A stretch of 64,000 nt of DNA, taken from positions 2,688,001-2,752,000 of the forward strand of contig OY762926.1 in NCBI GenBank assembly GCA_963666735.1, written 5' to 3'. Source of the DNA: Gemmatimonadota bacterium. GTDB lineage: Bacteria; Gemmatimonadota; Gemmatimonadetes; Palauibacterales; Palauibacteraceae. Position 1 is the first letter of the stretch. The number at the start of each line of letters is the position of its first letter. The notes below the pieces were generated by a model. The model searched no databases. It was not told where the DNA came from and worked only from the letters and a program-made list of their open reading frames with translations. Below, piece after piece: positions 57,860 to 64,000 of this stretch. The position numbers and the translations under genes are program-made.

Positions 57860-59350
57860 CTAAGGGATCGGAGGCTTCTGGTCGGCGGGGATGGGAGATC
57901 TCCAAGGCCGGCCCGCGGTGGACTCCCGGTGCGCGGCCTGCGCGGCGGCGAGCAGGTCCGGGTCGGTGAGGAGGTCCATTCCCGTCATCGCCATGACTCG
58001 CGCGGCGACATCCGCGGCGGCCGCCGCCCACTCGGTCCCGTGCGAGGCGCTCGTGGCCCACGAGTGCCACGGGACGCCCTTCGGAGCGGACGTCACTTCA
58101 AGCTGGACGGTCGGCGTGATCCAGCTCACCTCCGCCACATCGGTGGATCCTCCCTGCGCCGGGGTCGCGCGGGCCGCGAGCGGCTGTACGTCGACGTCGA
58201 GTCCCGCCTGCTCGATGTCGAGGCCGGCCTGCATGTCGCGGCCCCAGGCCTGGAAGGCGTCCGGGAATTGCGGCCCCCCGACGGCTTCCAGGTTGGCCTG
58301 CATCGCCTCCTGAAGCGGACGGTTCAGCAGCAGCGCATGGACGCCGGTGATGAGCGAGACTTCGTGCTCGGTGCGGGTCGCCTGTGCGGCGGCGGCGGCG
58401 ATGTCGAGCAGCCACTCGTAGTACTCATCGACGTGCGCGCGCAGCGTGTCCCGCACGTAGTACCACGCCTTCGCGTACTCGGGGACGACGTTCGGCGCCT
58501 CCCCCGCGTTCGGCATCACGTAGTGGATGCGGGTGGAGGGCTGCACGTGCTCGCGCATCAGGTTCGCGCCGTAGTTCATCATCTCCACCGCGTCGAGCGC
58601 GCTGCGCCCGTTCCACGGATCCGCCGCCGAGTGCGCCGCCTGTCCCCGGAACTCCACCGTGAAGTTGTTCATCGCCTGCGTCGAGGCGTTCGTGACCCGG
58701 GTCTCCGTCATGGGGTGCCAGACGAGCGTCGCGTCGACGTCGTCGAAAACCCCCGCGTTGGCCATGTAGACCTTGCCGACGACCGTCTCCTCGGCCGGCG
58801 TGCCGAACAGCCGCACTTCACCCGGGATGTCCCGGTCCGCCATGGCGCGCTTGATCGCGATCGCGGCGCCGACCGACCCCGCCCCGAACAGGTTGTGGCC
58901 GCAGCCCTGGCCGCTCGTCACGCCGTCCGCCCGGGCCTCCCGATGCGGCACCGGTGCGTTCCCGACGCCCGGCAGCGCGTCGTATTCGGCCAGGACGCCG
59001 AGCACGGGCCCCCCGCTCCCGTGGCGGAAGGTCGCGACGAACGCGGTGGGCATGCCGGCGACGCCCGTCTCGACCTCGAACCCCTCCGCCTCCAGCAGGC
59101 CCGCCAGGTATTCGGCCGAACGGTGCTCGAGGAGGGCGATCTCCGAGTACTCCCACAGCGTCATCGACATGTCCCTGATCTCGTCCGCCAGGTCGTCGAG
59201 CGCTTCCAGCGCCGCCATCTTCCCGGGCGACACGTCCCGCATGAGGGTCGTCGGAACCTGCGACGTCAGGGGAGCGGCGATGAGAAAGAGAACCAACGCC
59301 GCCACCCCTGCCGTGAACGACGTGTGCCTCGGGAGGGAGATCCTGAGCAT
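57860..59350 (-). CDS. Secreted M20 amidohydrolase (AbgB-like)
   Basis: AEYDALPG, GQGCGHNL, GTPAEE, WHP, GGSTDV, HSW. Confidence 0.9.
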   Translation of the reverse strand: MLRISLPRHTSFTAGVAALVLFLIAAPLTSQVPTTLMRDVSPGKMAALEALDDLADEIRDMSMTLWEYSEIALLEHRSAEYLAGLLEAEGFEVETGVAGMPTAFVATFRHGSGGPVLGVLAEYDALPGVGNAPVPHREARADGVTSGQGCGHNLFGAGSVGAAIAIKRAMADRDIPGEVRLFGTPAEETVVGKVYMANAGVFDDVDATLVWHPMTETRVTNASTQAMNNFTVEFRGQAAHSAADPWNGRSALDAVEMMNYGANLMREHVQPSTRIHYVMPNAGEAPNVVPEYAKAWYYVRDTLRAHVDEYYEWLLDIAAAAAQATRTEHEVSLITGVHALLLNRPLQEAMQANLEAVGGPQFPDAFQAWGRDMQAGLDIEQAGLDVDVQPLAARATPAQGGSTDVAEVSWITPTVQLEVTSAPKGVPWHSWATSASHGTEWAAAAADVAARVMAMTGMDLLTDPDLLAAAQAAHRESTAGRPWRSPIPADQKPPIP

Positions 59351-59426
59351 TTCGATGTCCTTGTGCCTTGGGGTCACCGGGCGGCCGGGACGGACCCGCG
59401 CGGCACGGGACCACCCGCGATCCCGA

Positions 59427-60788
59427 CTAGAACCTGTCCAGCCGGGGGTTGACCACGTTGGAGTAGATCGACCCGAAGGTGTAGGAGAAGCCCACCGACA
59501 CGCCATACTCGAATCCGCTCTGCAGGACGCGCTGCCGGAGCAGCACCTCCTCCGTCGTGGCGTCGCCGGCGGGCACGTTGAGCTGGTCGCGGATGCGCGA
59601 GTAGTTCGCGTTCAGCCGGAGCGACAGGCCCCGGAAGATCCGGAAATCGGCCCCCGCGAAGGCTGTGAAGCGGTTCTTCGACGGATCGTGGAGGTACTGG
59701 GAGAAGGTCAGGAACCCGTACGATTCGCCCCACGGCTGTCGGACGCTGAGGCGGACGCTGAACCGGTGGTGGGGGAGGGTCTCCTCGTCCTTCAGGAAGA
59801 CGGTCTGCTCGATGTAGTCGTGGTACCGGAGGCCGATCGTGTAGAGGAAGTTGAACTGCCTGCGGGTCGACTCGGAGTAGGGGAAGATGTTGTACTCCAG
59901 CGCCGGCCCCACCTGGAGCTGCAGGTCTTCGTTGGCGAAGCTGGAGTATCCCAGCTCGTACGCCGCGCCCGCCGACCAGTGATCCGACAGGCTCCACACG
60001 CTGAGTCCCTCGGCATCGTAGCTCTCGCGGATGCTCGTCACGGACGTCGTGTCCGAGGTCTCGAAGAGTCGCCGGTTGTAGCTTCCGCCGATGGAGAACT
60101 CGAGCTTCAGGGCATCCGTGACGCGGTCGGCGGAGAACCCGCTCTCGAATTCGTACTCTTCAGTGCGCTCGTCCACCTCGAGGTCGGCTTCCGCGCGCAG
60201 CCGAAAGGTCCAGAAGTTCCAGGGGTCGTCCTCCGGCTTGGCGGCGATCTCGCCGTGTTCCGCTCCGTCGTAGTGGATATCGATGCTGGGAGCCTGACCG
60301 GTGCGCGCGATGTAGCGCAACAGCCCCAGTTCGAGCGTGTGCGCCACCTCGGTCAGCCGCTGTTCCACGGCGAGATTTGCGCGGGTCACGACTTCGAGGC
60401 GGTCCGTGACCTCGATGAACTCCTCGCGTCCGATGAAATCGAGCGTGAAGCGCTGGCCTCCGCTGCCCGTGCCCTCCGAGGTCATGAGCACGTGGACCTG
60501 CGCATCCTCGCGGTCGCGCGTGTAGTTCACGTACGGGATCTCGCGCCGGTAGAAGTCGAAGTCGCACATCCCGCGGCCGCCGTCGCAGTCGAAGAAGACG
60601 CGAAGCGCGCCGTTCCCGTTGGCGGCGGGCGGCTCCTCCTGGGCTTCGAGGGGGACGGCGGCCAGGCAGGCCGTGGCGAGGAGGCCGGCCGCCACCGCAA
60701 CCGCGCGCGTCCGGGGCAGGGCGGGGGCCGATGACGTTCCCGCGGGAACGCGGAGTGCGCGCCGCGTCGCGTTCGGAGAGGTGTTCAA
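59427..60788 (-). CDS. Putative outer-membrane beta-barrel protein (start uncertain)
   Basis: Signal peptide; VFFDC...CD; GPALEYNIFPY; C-terminal YTFGSIYSNVVNPR. Confidence 0.7.
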   Translation of the reverse strand: MNTSPNATRRALRVPAGTSSAPALPRTRAVAVAAGLLATACLAAVPLEAQEEPPAANGNGALRVFFDCDGGRGMCDFDFYRREIPYVNYTRDREDAQVHVLMTSEGTGSGGQRFTLDFIGREEFIEVTDRLEVVTRANLAVEQRLTEVAHTLELGLLRYIARTGQAPSIDIHYDGAEHGEIAAKPEDDPWNFWTFRLRAEADLEVDERTEEYEFESGFSADRVTDALKLEFSIGGSYNRRLFETSDTTSVTSIRESYDAEGLSVWSLSDHWSAGAAYELGYSSFANEDLQLQVGPALEYNIFPYSESTRRQFNFLYTIGLRYHDYIEQTVFLKDEETLPHHRFSVRLSVRQPWGESYGFLTFSQYLHDPSKNRFTAFAGADFRIFRGLSLRLNANYSRIRDQLNVPAGDATTEEVLLRQRVLQSGFEYGVSVGFSYTFGSIYSNVVNPRLDRF

Positions 60789-60811
60789 TTGAGGATTCCC
60801 TGGCAGATGGC

Positions 60812-61186
<375 letters not shown>

Positions 61187-61211
61187 GGAATCGCTCCGGG
61201 TTGAGGCCGCA

Positions 61212-62351
61212 ATGAGCGCGCTCCGCCTTTCGCTCCGCTCACCGCAGCTGCGGCGCGGGGCCGCGGAAGGGGTCCTCGACCCATCCGCGGCGGCGGCGGC
61301 TCGGGACGTGATCCGGGGCTGGCACGGGTACGACGCGACGCCGATGGTAACACTGCCGGACCTCGCCGCGTTGCTCGGAGTCGAAACCGTGTGGGTGAAG
61401 GACGAGTCGCCACGCTTCGGGCTCGGCTCTTTCAAGGCGCTCGGCGGGGCGTTCGCCGTCCTGCGTGCGCTGCAGGACGAGATCGAGCGCCGGAGCGGTA
61501 TCCGGCCGACGACGGCGGAACTGCGGGCCGGGCATCCGCTGGCGGCCGACATCACGGTCACGACCGCCTCGGCGGGGAACCACGGCCGGTCCGTGGCGTG
61601 GGGAAGCGCCGAGTTCGGCTGCCGCTGCGTGATCTTCCTCCCGGAAGGCGCGATCCCGGCGCGCGCCCGCGCGATCGAGGGGCACGGAGCGAAGGTGGTC
61701 CGCGTGCCCGGCGAGTACGACGGCGTTGTCGGGCACACCGACCGAGAGGCCGCGCGGAATGGCTGGATCGTCGTATCCGACACGGCGTACGAGGGCTATG
61801 AGGAGACGCCCCGCCGCATCATGGCGGGCTACACGCTTCTCGCCGCCGAGATGTTGGAAGACCTTGCCGATGCCGGCTCGGCGCCGCTCACGCACCTCTT
61901 CGTGCAAGCGGGCGTCGGCGGCCTCGCGACCGGAGTGTGCGGCCATTTCGCGCAGGCGTGCGGCGAGGGACGGCCGCGCTTCATCGCCCTCGAGCCGTGG
62001 CGGGCCGACTGCTTCGGCCGGAGTCTGCGACGCGGCCGGGCGAGCATCGCGGAACCGCCGTTCCACACCGCGATGGGCGGTCTCGCCGCCGGCGTCGCGT
62101 CGACGATCGCCTGGGACTGTCTGGCGCCCCTGCTCGACGCGGCGGTCGCGCTTCCCGAGCCGGTATGGAGCGCCGGCGCCGAGGCGCTCGAGTCCGGTCG
62201 GCTGGGCGCCCGCATCATCGCGGGCCCGTCCGGCGCCGCCGGCGTAGGGGCGCTCCTCGCCCTGGCCCGCCTCCCCGGCCTACGCCGGCTCCTCGGCCTC
62301 GATCGATCCGCCCGCGTCGGCGCGATCGTGACCGAGCAGCGCTTCGACTGA
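61212..62351 (+). CDS. Diaminopropionate ammonia-lyase-like PLP enzyme
   Basis: [44 protein letters not shown]. Confidence 0.85.
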   Translation: MSALRLSLRSPQLRRGAAEGVLDPSAAAAARDVIRGWHGYDATPMVTLPDLAALLGVETVWVKDESPRFGLGSFKALGGAFAVLRALQDEIERRSGIRPTTAELRAGHPLAADITVTTASAGNHGRSVAWGSAEFGCRCVIFLPEGAIPARARAIEGHGAKVVRVPGEYDGVVGHTDREAARNGWIVVSDTAYEGYEETPRRIMAGYTLLAAEMLEDLADAGSAPLTHLFVQAGVGGLATGVCGHFAQACGEGRPRFIALEPWRADCFGRSLRRGRASIAEPPFHTAMGGLAAGVASTIAWDCLAPLLDAAVALPEPVWSAGAEALESGRLGARIIAGPSGAAGVGALLALARLPGLRRLLGLDRSARVGAIVTEQRFD

Positions 62352-62465
62352 CCCCCGGCCGCTTGCGCGGTCATCGCGACCGCTGGTTGATACCTCGTTG
62401 CGAACCGACCCTAGCATTAGGGCAGGCGATCCACGAGGATAAGAGGTGACGGAAGATGCAGGGAG

Positions 62466-63374
62466 GTGGAGGTGCCGCTGATCCAGACCGCGCTTGAGCT
62501 TTCCGCTCCCACCTACGCGTACGGCAAGTCTCGACTCCATACGGGCGACTGCCTGGACTGGTTGTCGGTCCAACCCGAAAACAGCGTTCACGGCGTCGTC
62601 ACGGACCCGCCTTATGGGCTCGTCGAATACAGCGAAACGCACAAGCGAAAGCTACGAAACGGTCGAGGTGGCGTTTGGCGTATCCCTCCGTCCTTTGACG
62701 GGAACCGACGTTCGCCGCTTCCGCGTTTCACCACGCTGACCAACGATCAACTCAACGAGTTGAACAGGTTCTTTCGGCGTTGGGCTGCAGCCCTCATGCC
62801 AATCTTGGTGCCGGGGGCTCATGTGCTCGTGGCTTCCCAACCACTTATCTCGTTTCGTGTGTCCGGTGCTTTGGCGGAGGCTGGCCTGGAGCGTCGCGGT
62901 GAGATCATACGCCTCGTGATGACGATGCGCGGCGGCGACCGACCCAAGAACGCGCACGAAGAGTTTCGAGAGGTCAGTGTCATGCCGCGCTCCAAGTGGG
63001 AGCCATGGCTCTTGTTCCGGAAACCGTTGGAAGGGCGTGTCCAGGACAATCTCCGCCGCTGGAGCACGGGCGGGTTGAGACGCCCCGCCGACAGCAAGCC
63101 CTTCTGCGACGTCATCAAGTCCAATCCGACGCAGAAGGCGGAGAAGAGCATCGCGCCTCACCCTTCTCTGAAACCCCAGGCGTTCCTGCGTCAGGTGGTC
63201 CGGGCAATCCTGCCGCTCGGCCAAGGAGTTGTACTCGATCCGTTCGCGGGTTCGGGCTCGACGCTCGCCGCTGCTGAATCGCTCGGCTACGCGAGTATAG
63301 GGGTCGAAATGGATCCGGAGTTCGTCAGAATTGCCGAGGAGGCCATCCCGAAGCTTGCCCGGCTAACGATCTAG
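62466..63374 (+). CDS. N4/N6 DNA methyltransferase, beta-class motif order
   Basis: VTDPPY near the N-terminus; HPSLKP; VLDPFAGSGST near the C-terminus. Confidence 0.92.
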   Translation: MEVPLIQTALELSAPTYAYGKSRLHTGDCLDWLSVQPENSVHGVVTDPPYGLVEYSETHKRKLRNGRGGVWRIPPSFDGNRRSPLPRFTTLTNDQLNELNRFFRRWAAALMPILVPGAHVLVASQPLISFRVSGALAEAGLERRGEIIRLVMTMRGGDRPKNAHEEFREVSVMPRSKWEPWLLFRKPLEGRVQDNLRRWSTGGLRRPADSKPFCDVIKSNPTQKAEKSIAPHPSLKPQAFLRQVVRAILPLGQGVVLDPFAGSGSTLAAAESLGYASIGVEMDPEFVRIAEEAIPKLARLTI

Positions 63375-63968
63375 ATACACCCAATTCTCCCGCATCCCCG
63401 AAAGTCCCTCGCGGTCGAGCGTTGCCGTCCGGGTCCCAAGTTCACCCCGAGGGTTCTTGCGGAAGTCCGTCGGCACAACGTGCGTCAGGTAGATTTCGCG
63501 GAAGGTCGTCGGCACCCGATCTACAGCCGGCTCCGTATCCTTATCGACCTCATACACAAGAACCCAGAGCCATTGTTCACGCGCGCCATGCATGTCCACG
63601 GCGCCGCCCCGTTTCTTCGTCGTCTTCACCTCAACCCCCTTCTCGCCCGCGCTCACGGAGTTGTTCGGATAGACTCCGTTGACAATGAGATCAGGGTGGC
63701 CGTTGAAGTATTGGTTCACGACAAGCGTCCGGGAATGGGTGGCGAGGCTTGAGGTGAGCATATCCGAAAGTACGCCGGACATGATTGCTGGGCGGAGCAT
63801 GTCGTCGAGTCTTTCCAGCCCCTTCGAAACGAGGAGGTTGTTTACGTCATGGAAGAAGTCGTAGACATCCTGCATCGCGATCTCGAAATCGCGAAGGCGG
63901 AGTTGATACGGCAACTCAAGGTCCGCGTTGAAGAGTGCAGGATCTGGGTGGTTGCGTTCGATAGCCAT
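63363..63968 (-). CDS. Putative type II restriction endonuclease (PD-(D/E)xK)
   Basis: GHPDL...GVEVK; convergent and overlapping with the methyltransferase; less GC-rich than the core genes. Confidence 0.65.
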   Translation of the reverse strand: MAIERNHPDPALFNADLELPYQLRLRDFEIAMQDVYDFFHDVNNLLVSKGLERLDDMLRPAIMSGVLSDMLTSSLATHSRTLVVNQYFNGHPDLIVNGVYPNNSVSAGEKGVEVKTTKKRGGAVDMHGAREQWLWVLVYEVDKDTEPAVDRVPTTFREIYLTHVVPTDFRKNPRGELGTRTATLDREGLSGMRENWVYLDR

Positions 63969-64000
63969 CGCGGGCGTTGATCCTTCGAGGTTTGAATGCT

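Overview
High-GC bacterial chromosome segment containing the replication origin region: dnaN, oriC, dnaA, rpmH, rnpA, yidD, yidC, then parS, parA, parB, an M23 peptidase and bactofilin. The rpmH N-terminus (MGKPTY) and the gene content suggest Gemmatimonadota, which is an inference only. The rest is mostly metabolism: a three-subunit Sdh1-type succinate dehydrogenase, 2-oxoacid dehydrogenase E1-beta and E2, a permuted aconitase-family enzyme, a selenocysteine formate dehydrogenase with a clear SECIS plus NuoEF-like and FdhD partners, icd, and several peptidases. It also holds a complete IS1380-family element, an AbrB/PIN pair and a type II restriction-modification pair at the right edge. Most notable: (1) a four-gene sphingolipid-type operon (spt, ceramide synthase-like GNAT, ceramide reductase-like SDR, AUR1/IPC-synthase-like PAP2 protein); (2) a small secreted Cys-rich peptide paired with a beta-propeller lipoprotein behind a promoter with a G9 tract in its spacer; (3) an unannotated structured RNA with a 12-nt complement of the 16S 3' end and a 21-aa ORF ending LEAA; (4) an oriC unwinding module whose DnaA boxes read TGTCGA instead of TGTGGA; (5) a recurring 25-bp TAA-N19-TTA dyad. 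Several single-base indels (dnaA, transposase) look like sequencing or assembly errors. No rRNA, tRNA or CRISPR array was seen. All calls come from reading motifs by eye; no searches were run.
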